From a virus: a stretch of DNA of 64,000 nt. The stretch lies in the IMG/VR virus record IMGVR_UViG_3300012890_000005, one strand, 5' to 3'. The notes under the pieces were generated by a model that saw only the letters and a program-made list of their open reading frames with translations, did not search any database and was not told the DNA's origin. The first letter of the stretch is position 1. Every line of letters begins with the position of its first letter. The translations under genes and the position numbers were made by a program. This document shows positions 21,240 to 32,259 of this stretch, piece by piece.

Positions 21240-22145
21240 TTAGGCTGACATGTTCATGCGTATAGCTGGATGAGAGTGATAGTTTTCTAGCCTAAGATGT
21301 GAGTATTTGAACCGCAGCAATCCCTCCAAACCACTTCCCTTTGGTATATCTGTGTCAAAATACAATGAAGGTAGTGGATATGGTTTCCGACGAAGTTGTG
21401 ACTTGATTTCACTCACATGATCTTGATACAAATGAGTATCTCCAAGTATATATGTAATCTTTCCAGCAGTCTTGCATGTGACATGTGCTATCAGTAGTAA
21501 CAATAATGAATATGAACTGTAATTATAAACGGCACCGAGCCCAACATCTTGGCTACGTTGATAGATTTGCATATCAAGTATGTCATTGTTTTTAACATAA
21601 AACTGAAAGGCGAAATGACATGGTGGCAATACATCTTCATTTTGATCTATATCAAGAGCGTTCCAAGCTGAAACTAGGATCCGTCTGGAAGTAGGATTGT
21701 TCATAATCAAATCGATTGCATTAGCGAGTTGGTCTGTGTGAGGCTGCGCTTTCATATCCTCAATAAATGGAGAGTACTTGGCTCCGAAAAAACGCCACCC
21801 CATTCCGTAAACTCCAGCCTGACCGTTCTCATTAGTATTAGCGTCCCAAATGTATACCTTCTTGTTTCGTAAATCCTTCCCGGTACTGCTCCCGCTGACC
21901 ATCCAAAATAGTTCGTCCGCAATCAATCTAAGATTGACTTTTTTCGTGGTAATGATTGGAAATGCTTCATGGGACACATCGAAGACTAGAGGAGGTGGCG
22001 CGAAAACGGCTATAGTGCCTCCATTCCGACCATCTCTTTCCTCACCATTTTCGAGAATGTTTTTGACAAGAGCGTTATATTGTTCATCGATTGTATTTGC
22101 AAAACAGATTGTAGCAAACGTAATGAAAAAGCAAATTGAATTCAT
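21240..22145 (-). CDS. thyA: Thymidylate synthase with hydrophobic N-terminal leader
   Basis: FPIITTKKV, ELFW, SRRILVSAWN, LPPCH, YQRSQD, GDTHLY. Confidence 0.95.
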   Translation of the reverse strand: MNSICFFITFATICFANTIDEQYNALVKNILENGEERDGRNGGTIAVFAPPPLVFDVSHEAFPIITTKKVNLRLIADELFWMVSGSSTGKDLRNKKVYIWDANTNENGQAGVYGMGWRFFGAKYSPFIEDMKAQPHTDQLANAIDLIMNNPTSRRILVSAWNALDIDQNEDVLPPCHFAFQFYVKNNDILDMQIYQRSQDVGLGAVYNYSSYSLLLLLIAHVTCKTAGKITYILGDTHLYQDHVSEIKSQLRRKPYPLPSLYFDTDIPKGSGLEGLLRFKYSHLRLENYHSHPAIRMNMSA

Positions 22146-22221
22146 CTTTTTTCTTTATTATGAGACGATGATGTTACAAAGATGGAGGAAACGCATATTC
22201 TTTGTTGCTGTGCTCCTATTT

Positions 22222-23016
22222 TCAAGTCAAAAAAAGTCGATATCCATATCTCACATTGCCGCCTTCTTTCCAACCCAGTTTCTCTTTCAGGAACGTGAAA
22301 TTGATGTCGATCTCTTCTTCCGGTTCACAATAGAACAAGTGCTGCCAAAACTCATAGTAAAGTCTATGCACATGATGCATTTGTAAATTGTGTTCAATCT
22401 CTTCCTCTTCATCATTGTCATCCAGAAATATAATGCTGTTTTCTTCGTCAAACGTTCTAGCTAATATCTGATACAAATCCATCGTTGCCCGATGATTGTT
22501 TGTGAGAAGAGATGCTTCATGGTACATAACTAATTCTAAACAATTCGCATAATTCTCGGTAGTCATGTCGTGATACTCAATTTGCATTCTCCTGATCGTA
22601 GAGACTGGTTCAATGCCTAAAAAGTCGCAAAGTCGACCAGCTGCCAAGAAATGCTCCAGTTTGAAGGAATGAGGAAAATGTGTCTTTAAGAAGCTATCCT
22701 TGCTGTCCGATACCCACTTCGCATCTTCCAGCTTTTCGTTCTTGATAACCAAGTCATCATAGTCGACTCCGCACATATGTACAAACAGGCTGAAATCTTT
22801 TACAGTCTTGAGATACTGAAGACGATCCATGTTGAAGATACCAGGTTCGGGCGTCGGAATATCGCGAAAGACGGGACTGATCAACGAAAGGAAAATCGGA
22901 GATATGTCAAAGCGAACGTCCGACAATGTCAACCGACATTCTTTTGCTTTTGGCTTATAGCTCGCTTGATAGTGTTCCAACAATGTGTCCCAGGATTTCT
23001 GTGTGAACGTCATCAT
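22222..23016 (-). CDS. BTB/POZ-like domain protein
   Basis: LSLISPVFRDIPTP...AAGRLCDFLGIE...LGW..G...YGY; paralog of 12356-13090. Confidence 0.6.
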   Translation of the reverse strand: MMTFTQKSWDTLLEHYQASYKPKAKECRLTLSDVRFDISPIFLSLISPVFRDIPTPEPGIFNMDRLQYLKTVKDFSLFVHMCGVDYDDLVIKNEKLEDAKWVSDSKDSFLKTHFPHSFKLEHFLAAGRLCDFLGIEPVSTIRRMQIEYHDMTTENYANCLELVMYHEASLLTNNHRATMDLYQILARTFDEENSIIFLDDNDEEEEIEHNLQMHHVHRLYYEFWQHLFYCEPEEEIDINFTFLKEKLGWKEGGNVRYGYRLFLT

Positions 23017-23326
23017 CAATGAGTTTGGTTTGGTGAATGGTGTTAAGATAAGAATCAAAGAGAGAAATGTGATCGTGACTAAGTTGACTCTCTGCAGACG
23101 AACTAAAATATTTACGATAACTTTATTTTCTTTTCATTTTTTCATGTTGCTCAAACTAAGTGTGATGATGTGATGATGACCATGAGACAAGATTAGGAGA
23201 ATGTCATAAAAAAGGTCTTCACAGTTTCTTTGCAAGCGTTTTTACGAATCAATGTGCTTTCAGCATTTTCAAGTATTATTATTATTACCTAAAACAAATT
23301 GTCGAATCGAACATTAATCATCATCA

Positions 23327-23794
23327 TTATACTGCCAAACGTGATAACTGTGAAATATACAAGTTATTCACATAAACACCGTTTGATGATGTTATACTCA
23401 AAGTCCATACTTCACCCTTTACCATATAACCCGTTACAGAATAAGGTTTGTTGTATTGACCCGGAGATTGATCAAGTAATACATTTTGACCGCCGTTGGT
23501 AGTGGAAGGTCCGGCAGTATTTGTACTCATAGAGACATTAGTGAAAGCTGTACTACCACTGGCGCCAGCACTGAAAGAGACGTTATAAATTCCATTTGAC
23601 GCTGCTGTAATCTGTAGACCTGTAGTTGTAAAATTTAGATATGAATCCATTGTAGATGCAATTTTCGTGAAATTGATTGGAAAGGTGGCACTTGTCGAGG
23701 TACTGGTCCCTGTTGTGCCTCTATAAAACAAAGCATTTGGTATTGTCACTCCTCCTCCAACTGTATTGATGGTTTGCAACGATATAGACGACAT
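23327..23794 (-). CDS. C1q/TNF-like beta-sandwich protein, probably virion surface
   Basis: Ser/Thr/Gly rich; LQITAASNGIYNVSFS; shares the MSSISL start with 54244-54909. Confidence 0.45.
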   Translation of the reverse strand: MSSISLQTINTVGGGVTIPNALFYRGTTGTSTSTSATFPINFTKIASTMDSYLNFTTTGLQITAASNGIYNVSFSAGASGSTAFTNVSMSTNTAGPSTTNGGQNVLLDQSPGQYNKPYSVTGYMVKGEVWTLSITSSNGVYVNNLYISQLSRLAV

Positions 23795-23886
23795 GTAGTT
23801 ATTTACATATATATATAATAGAATATAATAGAAAATAATAGAAATCTAATGCTTTTGTTGTATATATATATATATATTGTCCAAAT

Positions 23887-24282
23887 TTACTGGATTGACT
23901 GTGTTTCCGAGATTGTCTTATTTGCAATTTTGTGCATGAAGTTTATGACGACGTTCTCAAAGTTCAATATTCCACAGAACTTCATTTTGGTTGGTTCTTT
24001 AGTATCATAAACTGTACATTCTATTTCGTGTGAATTGATACAAATACTATACGGGTCCGTATTTGTCATTGAAGTGTACCAAGTCAAGACGACGATATCT
24101 TCATCCCAACAACAAGTAGGTTGCAAAAACTCGTAACGCTTCAATTCTTGTATCACACCGTTTACGTTAAAAAGAATTAGATCGTACGTATGCATGTAAG
24201 ATAATACTTTCTGGGGCTGTATTCTTGAGGGTAGAGAGTATGTCTTTTGTCCATAATTCATACATGTTATAGAGCTGCTCAT
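23887..24282 (-). pseudogene. Duplicate of 37821-38189 carrying two compensating frameshifts
   Basis: Near-identical DNA about 23925-24410 vs about 37828-38343; 1-nt and 2-nt deletions relative to the other copy. Confidence 0.7.
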
Positions 24283-24489
24283 AGCTATGTTTCTTCTTTA
24301 TTACTTGTAGAATCGACGCGATGATGTTTATCTTTGTTAGAATACAACAGCAGCAACGAAACATCTGAGATTTGACTAACATTCGTTTCGGTTGCATTAT
24401 AATTTTAGAAAAAATGGAAGATTGCACAATTCTCGTAGACAGCAATTTTCATGATGCTTAGCTTCTTTTGCAATACTCCGAGCAACGTT

Positions 24490-24507
24490 CCCTAACCCTA
24501 ACCCTAA
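24490..24507 (-). repeat. Interstitial telomere-type repeat (TTAGGG)3
   Basis: ccctaaccctaaccctaa followed by a degenerate tcctag. Confidence 0.85.
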
Positions 24508-24514
24508 TCCTAGC

Positions 24515-24620
24515 ACAAATCGAAGCTAGCTCAGCTTCTTAGGCTTGATCGACATAGATACAAATCAACTCCGTTCAGATGATCAAAGAATCTATTGAAC
24601 AATTAGGGACTTTTTTTTGG
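24515..24620 (-). pseudogene. Truncated 5' fragment plus upstream region of the 25254-26195 gene
   Basis: ttgatcgacat..caactccgttca.gatgatcaaaga matches about 26185-26230; reads MSIKPKKLS then stop. Confidence 0.7.
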
Positions 24621-25253
24621 CAGCTGACGCTACTTATTATATTTGTTTGAGTTCTTGCTTGATTATAAGAAGTTTGATCCTGTGAGGATTTCCTCTTTTT
24701 GAGTTTATAAGACAATGCGTTTTCATCATAATACTGTCGTAATCTCGCCGTCTTGCTTCAAAACGGTCAGAATATCATGATCGTATTCGAAATGATATTC
24801 AGCTTGATTTTGATGGTTGTTGCTCAAACCATTTTTTTCGATATATTCTTCTTTTTTCATCTGTGAGCGGTTCGCGCTGAGGGTCTAGCATGCTTCGTTG
24901 TGCAAAAAACCAGGAATCGAATTTGTTTCTGGTCTAACAGATCCTGAAAACTCAGAATTATCTATTCTAGTCAATTTGATGCTGTTTGTGCGCGCATTGA
25001 ATCTTTTTCGGACTCCAACCATTCATCCTGCACATATGCTTGACTAGATTTCTAATTACGTGGTCTTGGCATCTACATATTGAGGCATATCTTAGATCAA
25101 AAAATCAAATAAATACGTTCATTTAGTTCTGAAGTGGACTTCACATCAAATGTTCTGAGATTTGTGAAAGCTGCAGGCTAAAAAGGGAAGATAATAATGG
25201 AATGATATTTATTTAATCGTCACCCGCGAATTTCTGGCAGCAAAAAACGTCAT

Positions 25254-26195
25254 TTATTCATCTTCAACCGTAACAGTCTTATATCGGATACCTTTGTACG
25301 CTCTTGTGTTGGAATCACCATTTTTGTCTTTGATTCTAGTACCGGTTACTGGACCGAAAATTCGCGAGAATATTTTCTCGGCTACTTTGGAGTTGAAACG
25401 TATGCCAGGAAAATTTTGTCTGAGATAACGTTGTGCTTTTTGATGAACCTCGGACTTTCGTAATCTGTTCCTCATGTCTGAGCCATCAGCCACCTCAAAG
25501 GTGTCTTCGACAAATTGCTGGTACGGGTCGATTTCTTCACGGTCAGACGAAATCATTGAATTGTTCACACTCTCTAATACAATTTCCCGACAGAAAGACT
25601 CAGTGGATATGCGCAACTTTTCTTGTTTCTTCTGTATACGCAATTCTGCTAGCTGTCTGTCTAGTTCTTTTTCTTTTTTCCTTTGCATTCGTAGGCCTGC
25701 CAAATGTCTTTCAAGTTCTTCTTTCTCTTCCTCTTTTTGGTTTCTCAAGGACGCTAATCGTTTGTTGGGATCGTTTTCTTCTTCTACCTGAGTAGACAAA
25801 TCATGATCCTCGTGTTTGTGCACCAAGACTAGCTCCGTCTGCGTTCCTTGATCTTTTGTGTTATTGATATCACGTAACCAAGTTTTAGTGTTGGGAAGAG
25901 CGAGGAAATTTGCACAGATCTCGTACACGGGAATCGCTGAAATACGATATTTTTCACCTTCTATCCAGTAGTCCGGGTAACGTTTCAACATCGCGGCTAT
26001 GTTCATCTCGACCGACAGTAATATTTGAGCTTCGATTTGGTAAGCGAAGCCCTGACGTATGAGGTGTAGCGATGTCGTTGTTTTATATCGATTAATGAGG
26101 CTTTGCAATGGCCCCGTATGACTGCCTAATTTCACCATATCGTCTCCGATGGGAATCGCATAAATGAAAGCTAGCTTCTCAATTTTGATCGACAT
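25254..26195 (-). CDS. T5orf172/GIY-YIG-like domain, coiled coil, and C-terminal domain homologous to the C-terminus of primase-helicase 14456-17461
   Basis: FIYAIPIGDDMVKLGSH..LINRYKT..VE..WIEGEKY; tail DPYQQFVEDTFEVADG..NRLRK.EV..NFP.I.F..IFG..AYKGIRYK. Start set at MSIK (26195). Confidence 0.75.
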   Translation of the reverse strand: MSIKIEKLAFIYAIPIGDDMVKLGSHTGPLQSLINRYKTTTSLHLIRQGFAYQIEAQILLSVEMNIAAMLKRYPDYWIEGEKYRISAIPVYEICANFLALPNTKTWLRDINNTKDQGTQTELVLVHKHEDHDLSTQVEEENDPNKRLASLRNQKEEEKEELERHLAGLRMQRKKEKELDRQLAELRIQKKQEKLRISTESFCREIVLESVNNSMISSDREEIDPYQQFVEDTFEVADGSDMRNRLRKSEVHQKAQRYLRQNFPGIRFNSKVAEKIFSRIFGPVTGTRIKDKNGDSNTRAYKGIRYKTVTVEDE

Positions 26196-26478
26196 CGTTA
26201 CGAACCAACTCCGTTCAAGATGATCAAAGATAAATCCAATTTGGGATCTGTTAGGCACCTTTTTTAGGATCCTTGTTCCCTTGTTGCTGCTACCTTGTCC
26301 CCTTCTTGGGGTCCTTTTTAAGGATCCGGGACCCTTTTTTCCTTTTTCCCTTTTTTTGCGAGAGGATCTGCATTCTCTTTGCACCGCTCCCGCTCCCCTC
26401 CGATTCTTATCTTCCCTGCAGACAATACACAAACACACCCACAGAACATACATCACCAAGTGCTAAACTACAATTTAC

Positions 26479-28199
26479 ATGCCGTCAAAATCCTCAGCGC
26501 CGAAATTTCCGACATACAAGTCTATGGAGGACAATGCATTAGAAAGCTCAAGTTATAATTCAGCTGCGAATATCTTATTTCAGACCTTTGGATATTCTCA
26601 TGCTTTCACCTTCGAAAAAGCAGTGGAATTACTTCAGCCTCGTTGGATCGATTTGTAGCTCTTTTAGTTCTTATCTCTCGACACAGACAATAACACTTTT
26701 GTAGACATGAAACGGATCCAAAATTCACCAGTGGCGGCAAACCCGAACAACTCAAGCAAAGAATACTACCAGCACACGATCCACAAAACACACGCTTGTA
26801 TACGGTTGTTAGCAAACCCAAGAAGGATACTGATTGTCGACTTACTGAAGTGATCAATAGGAACTCTACAGCAATACGTTGCGCGGCCGCATTTTATCAT
26901 CTTCTTACATTCTTTCAAAACGACGACCAAACAATCGAGATTCTGCCTTATTACGAAAAACATATGAAGAGCCAAATGAAATTGATCTTTTTACCGCAAA
27001 AACTGAATATAGAATATTTCGCAGAGGAAGACAAACACAAATATCAAGTCGTTCTCGACGAACATGGACAGGCATTAGATCAGAATCATCAAGTGATTTT
27101 TCCAAACCACGATTGGACGATGCTTTCTGACGAGCGAATCGACCACACAATACTTTTCGCAAACGCTTTCCTCTCTGGAGGTGAACACGATGAACATAAT
27201 GCTCAAAACGAGCAGGAAATGATCGTTCCGCAAGCGCATCCCTTCATCGCAACTCAGAATGTACTGGTGGAAAATCAATTTTTCCTGAACGAAGCTTTTC
27301 AAGATCCGCAAGAACACAATGCTCATGATCAAGAATCAACAAACGCTCTCTATGAGGCAGCGAACGCACATATCGCACGTCAAGCACAACAGATGGAAAT
27401 GCAAAAGCAACAAGACGAGGAGAAACAGAAGAGAGATCGAGAAGCAGAAAATCGGGCATTTGACGAATACGTTCACGGAGGAGAAGAAGATCTTGTGCCT
27501 ACCGAAAATGACGACTTTTTGCCTGACTTGGTGGATGGGCGCAGTCAGCTTCTATCTGATATGAATATGAATAACAACAATGTTGAGAACCAACATCATA
27601 AAATTGTGAAGGACAACTCACCTAATCTCCTTGACGAGAACGACGAATTAGATCTGCACAAAGTTCTGGAAGAGCATGCCGCGCGCTGTCCTATGGATGA
27701 ATTCAGCAAAAACAATGACGAGGCGACGATGAACATAGACGAACAGAATACAAATGCAAATAAGGAGCCTACTAACGATAATGAACTCGGTGAGACGATG
27801 AACGTAGACGAACAGAATACAACTGCAAATCACAGCTGTACAAATGAAATGAGTAGAAACAACGACGACGTGACGATGAACGAGGTGATAAATGGAGTCG
27901 AGCAGAATGTAATCGCAAATGACGACGACGTGACGATGAACGGAAACGAGGAGATAGACGCCACAGCCGAACAGGCGAAATCTCGCGAGGAAATACTGAA
28001 GATTGTTGGTCAGAATGGACTCGAACTGAAGGGTTATGACGCATGGAAGAACGACTTTGATATTGTCTGCGCTGCCGTGCGTAATAATGGACTCGCTCTT
28101 GAATGGGCGGGTATAAGGCTTCGATATAACAGAGAAGTGGCGGAGCTCGCGGTCAAGCAGAATCCGGAAGCAATAAAGTTTACCTCCGCCTTTGAGTGA
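26479..28199 (+). CDS. Spliced acidic-repeat protein with C-terminal DUF4116; exons 26479-26654 and 26705-28199 (556 aa)
   Basis: ORF 26796 lacks an ATG start; a 50-nt GT..AG intron joins an upstream ATG frame in phase; C-term KNDFDIVCAAVRNNGLALEWA..NREVAELAVKQNP. Confidence 0.7.
26655..26704 (+). other. Predicted spliceosomal intron (50 nt, phase 2)
   Basis: GTAGCT...CAATAAC...TTTTGTAG; removal joins the frames (TT+A = Leu) and removes stops at both ends. Confidence 0.65.
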
Positions 28200-28255
28200 T
28201 CTGAATGAGTTGTTTCTATGCAATGTTTTTTTTGAAAAACGTGTTCATATGATAA

Positions 28256-31200
28256 ATGAGTTCATTGAAAAGAAAACAACCGTCTGAAGACGAAAGACCT
28301 AATTTGACTGATAAGCATATTGCTCTGTGGTTGATTGACCAAAATGGGAGAAGAAGAAGAAGCGAACAGCAAAGTCTCATTGAAGCAACTGCGTATAGTC
28401 GTTATCTGGATTTGGAGAAGGTGTATCTTACCGCTAAGCGTAATACAAAAGAACTCAAAGTGAAAGCTGTTGACTCCTTCTGCAACGACACTGGATTCAC
28501 AATGGAGGATCTGGTACTTCAGCATCCGTCTGATTTGAAACGTTTTCTGATAAATGCATTGCAGATCAACATCATTTTTGTCACAGACACTGAGGTCTCT
28601 TGTATGACGAGTTCAGATGCTCAAGGATACATAGTTCTTAGAAAACAAAATGACAATCGATATGATACCATGTGTCGTTGTGATTCAGACTCTGGCATAA
28701 TATCCTTCACTAGTTACTTCACAGATCTTTCCTTATATACAGAGCTCGAAACAATCATAGATCAGTCATCTTCTGAAAACGACTTCGAAGATTTGTATGA
28801 TTGTTGTGTTCACTATTTCAATCGTACTATTGAGGAGGTGCAAGACGCAACAAAGATAGAACGATTCTCCACTTCTCTGAAAATATGTTTGAATACAAGG
28901 ACGTATCCGGTAGATATTTCTCCTGAACTAATAGGACTCAAAAATCTACGACAAGATCAAAAGAGAATGTCATATTTGATTAGATATGCCGCGGAAAGCT
29001 TACTTGCTATGGAGATTTACCAAGCAGCAACTGAGTACCAAAGTGACCAACTTGAAGTGGATGACTTCTCAATCTTCAACGAGATTCTTACATCAACCCG
29101 ATGCAAGTATTTCAACACTCGGGTTCGTCATATGCTTCAAACCATGTATCAATACAGACCGGATCGACCCAGATTACAAGGTCGTAGAAGTTCAGCCAGT
29201 TCTCAATTAGATACGGATATGGATATGGATATGCATAATATCGAGGTTATTGATGAGAAGATCACAATCGTTCAAGATTATATCAGTCGCTCCCAATCGC
29301 TCTTGTTACGAACCGACGAAGTAGTAGAAGCCCAAAATCAGCTGCAGATTTTTGAGAAGAAGGAAGAGGAGCGAATTCAGGAAAAGTTGATCAATGCTGA
29401 CATCATAAAGGAAGTTTCTCCCGATGAGATTGAATTGTTGTTTCATTTTCTATGTGATTGTTTAGACCATCCTTCTGAGCTCTTCCTGGAGCTGAAACAT
29501 GATGTAATAGCTCAAAGTTTGCTCATAGCAAATCATGGATTTCAAGCCATTAGTATTACATATGATGTTGCAGATATGATCTGTGAGAAATCAAGATATG
29601 ATAAGAGGCGACGTTTGGTTGTGAAAGAAGTTCAGTCTATCTTACGAGCTTTGCACAAAATTGGGAATTGGTGTAAATACAAATGTGGTCATGATCATGA
29701 TAACGAATTTGATCGATTCTCCCCTCTTCTGTTATCGCCAACAAATACCAATACTTCCAGTCTTTTATCTGACTCTATCGCATCCAGTTCTGTAATTTCT
29801 ACGCTCCCACCCTTTTCTCCGTTCACTGATAATGATGAAAATGATGAAAATACACAAGATATATTCTTGGAGAGTTTATTTTCCTCGCTCAAAACAGCTC
29901 TACGTGTAGCGAAATTGACAAGACTTACATTATACAAAAAAGGGAAAATATCCTGTGATGATTCGGAAAGTGATACAAATCCTTATGGCGATGAAGCAGA
30001 AGAGGCAGGAGAATCGGATCAGAGCGATGATGAAGATGATGCTGTGGAGAAAAGCGAAGGATTCAAGAATCTTTGTTTGATCATCTTATTCTTCGCACAT
30101 TATGAGGAAGTGTTTACGAATGAGACCGAAAACCAACAAATCTCAGAACTTGTGTTGACTCAATGGAGAGCTATCGAAGAAGCCGTTATACGGTTTCAGC
30201 CCTTATCTGAATTTGACAATGATGAATCGTCATTCGCACTTCAACCGGCGTTGAAGTCAGTATTACAACAAGAAGATTTCAGTGCTATTTCTCCCGAAAT
30301 ACTTTTACAGTACATCTTGCTCTACAGCCGGATATGGGAAGCGACCAAAGAAAGAGATGAATCAGAGGAAATGATAACTTCTGCGCTTTTATATGAATAT
30401 GCAACAATCTCTTATCATACTCTAGACCTCATTAGACATCCGGAGCAAAATTTAACAAATGAGGAATTATTCACTAATCTTCGAAAAGCCATTGTACGAG
30501 AAGAACTAAGTGAAGAAAGGTCCGTCTACTCCGATAGTGAAATAGACAGTGAAAGTGGAAATGAGTCTGATACCAGCGAATACGATCCTACGCTTGAGCC
30601 AAAATATAAATATAAAAAGGCACTAATCATCTCCGATGATAGTAGTGACGAAGAACCTGAAGAGAAGACGAACAAAAGGAATTGGGAAATGACAAATCCA
30701 TTTTCATTGAACCCGGATCGAACAAAGAAAGTTGCGACTTTTACGACCGATACGAATAAACTATTAGAAAACATTGTTTTTAGTCGTAACATGTTTTTGT
30801 ATCACGATACAGGAACGGGCAAAACATTGAAAGGTTTGTTATGTGCTGCGCAAAGTGTACAATTGTTTCAAAAACAAAATAGAAAATACAAGATCAAAAA
30901 AACGTTGAATGTATTATTCGTCACCAAAAATAGCGCTATAGTCTCAGTGCAAAAAGATCTGAATCAATTCTCCGATTATTTGCAACCTCTCTTCGAGTCA
31001 AACATCAACGTATATATTCTAAATCATCGGCAACTGGAAACGTGGCGCAATCAAGAAAATCATCAGTATATTCTCGTGCTTGATGAAATACAACATTGGC
31101 GGATTGTTGGCAAAGTCTCTCAACGTGAACTCAATGAGAAAGTCGGGATAAAACGCACTTTGGAATTATGCCAGAATTCATTACAGAGCTTTCTCTTGAC

Positions 31201-32236
31201 GGCAACACCCATAGAATATGCGATATCAGATTTTACCATATATTGGATGATGCTGCAACGAATCAATTTTAGCATGAAAAACTTTGCAGCCATTTTGACA
31301 GTCTATCAAAAAATGGATAAACTTTGTACGAAGCTACTGCTCACAATGAGTCCAACTTTGTTACAAATCAAACCAAGTGACTATCTCAAACTAGAGTCAT
31401 CGTTGATGAAATGTTTACAATGTCAAATATCACGTAATATTCGTGTTGGTGGAGAAGAATTCGCAACATATAACGATCCAGTCATTGCTGGAGTAGGATT
31501 GGTCCTTTGTCCAATGACAATAGACGAAAAAATAATTTACAGAACTGCTTTACAGAGAGATCAGGACGCTTCTAAAAATGGATCAAGTTTTCCACAATAC
31601 GAGCGACAAAGCTGCAACCAATCAAGTAAACTCCAAGAAATGTTGAAGATAATCCGATTACATATCAGTGACCTTGCTCTTGAGCGAGTAAATTATCAGA
31701 ATAATCCAAAGATATTGATCTACTCTAGGTATCGAGATCATGGCGCCAAGTTGATCTTACAAGCACTAAAGAACACAGAGTTTGAGTCGAAGGTAACAAC
31801 TTTATACGAAAATGAAACAGTTTCTCAACGTCGCCAGATCGTGGATACTTTCAGCGATCTGAATTCTCACATTTCCATTCTGGTGGCGACGAGTAAATCC
31901 ATTGAAGGTTTGAATGTACTGAATCTATCTTTGTTAGTAATACTAGAGCCGCCTGATACGCTTAGATTATATGATCAAATCATTGGACGTATAGCTCGGA
32001 AATCAGGTCACAACAATCTCGCAATACAAGATCGCAAAGCTGAGGTCAAGCTTCTGATTGCAGAATACGATGCAACAACGGACACCATCAATGCTAAAGA
32101 CTACAAACGGCTACGTAATAGATTAGGTGTGAAATCAATTTTCTCCACTCTATGTCAAGATATTTCCCTCCGATTTAATGAAGAGAAATGTGCTGAAAAC
32201 AGTCTTTCATCATGTGTGAAAAACCTCAAAATCTAA
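28256..32236 (+). CDS. Large SF2 helicase (NCLDV D6/D11/SNF2-like) with long acidic N-terminus
   Basis: LYHDTGTGKT, LDEIQH, LTATP, EGLNV, QIIGRIARKSGH. Confidence 0.85.
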   Translation: MSSLKRKQPSEDERPNLTDKHIALWLIDQNGRRRRSEQQSLIEATAYSRYLDLEKVYLTAKRNTKELKVKAVDSFCNDTGFTMEDLVLQHPSDLKRFLINALQINIIFVTDTEVSCMTSSDAQGYIVLRKQNDNRYDTMCRCDSDSGIISFTSYFTDLSLYTELETIIDQSSSENDFEDLYDCCVHYFNRTIEEVQDATKIERFSTSLKICLNTRTYPVDISPELIGLKNLRQDQKRMSYLIRYAAESLLAMEIYQAATEYQSDQLEVDDFSIFNEILTSTRCKYFNTRVRHMLQTMYQYRPDRPRLQGRRSSASSQLDTDMDMDMHNIEVIDEKITIVQDYISRSQSLLLRTDEVVEAQNQLQIFEKKEEERIQEKLINADIIKEVSPDEIELLFHFLCDCLDHPSELFLELKHDVIAQSLLIANHGFQAISITYDVADMICEKSRYDKRRRLVVKEVQSILRALHKIGNWCKYKCGHDHDNEFDRFSPLLLSPTNTNTSSLLSDSIASSSVISTLPPFSPFTDNDENDENTQDIFLESLFSSLKTALRVAKLTRLTLYKKGKISCDDSESDTNPYGDEAEEAGESDQSDDEDDAVEKSEGFKNLCLIILFFAHYEEVFTNETENQQISELVLTQWRAIEEAVIRFQPLSEFDNDESSFALQPALKSVLQQEDFSAISPEILLQYILLYSRIWEATKERDESEEMITSALLYEYATISYHTLDLIRHPEQNLTNEELFTNLRKAIVREELSEERSVYSDSEIDSESGNESDTSEYDPTLEPKYKYKKALIISDDSSDEEPEEKTNKRNWEMTNPFSLNPDRTKKVATFTTDTNKLLENIVFSRNMFLYHDTGTGKTLKGLLCAAQSVQLFQKQNRKYKIKKTLNVLFVTKNSAIVSVQKDLNQFSDYLQPLFESNINVYILNHRQLETWRNQENHQYILVLDEIQHWRIVGKVSQRELNEKVGIKRTLELCQNSLQSFLLTATPIEYAISDFTIYWMMLQRINFSMKNFAAILTVYQKMDKLCTKLLLTMSPTLLQIKPSDYLKLESSLMKCLQCQISRNIRVGGEEFATYNDPVIAGVGLVLCPMTIDEKIIYRTALQRDQDASKNGSSFPQYERQSCNQSSKLQEMLKIIRLHISDLALERVNYQNNPKILIYSRYRDHGAKLILQALKNTEFESKVTTLYENETVSQRRQIVDTFSDLNSHISILVATSKSIEGLNVLNLSLLVILEPPDTLRLYDQIIGRIARKSGHNNLAIQDRKAEVKLLIAEYDATTDTINAKDYKRLRNRLGVKSIFSTLCQDISLRFNEEKCAENSLSSCVKNLKI

Positions 32237-32259
32237 ACTAAAGAGTGTATCTTCACAAT

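Noticed and set aside
26196..26459. N-terminal extension of ORF 25254-26459
   Set aside because: It translates a repeat/promoter region; the paralog and the pseudogene fragment both point to a start at MSIK.
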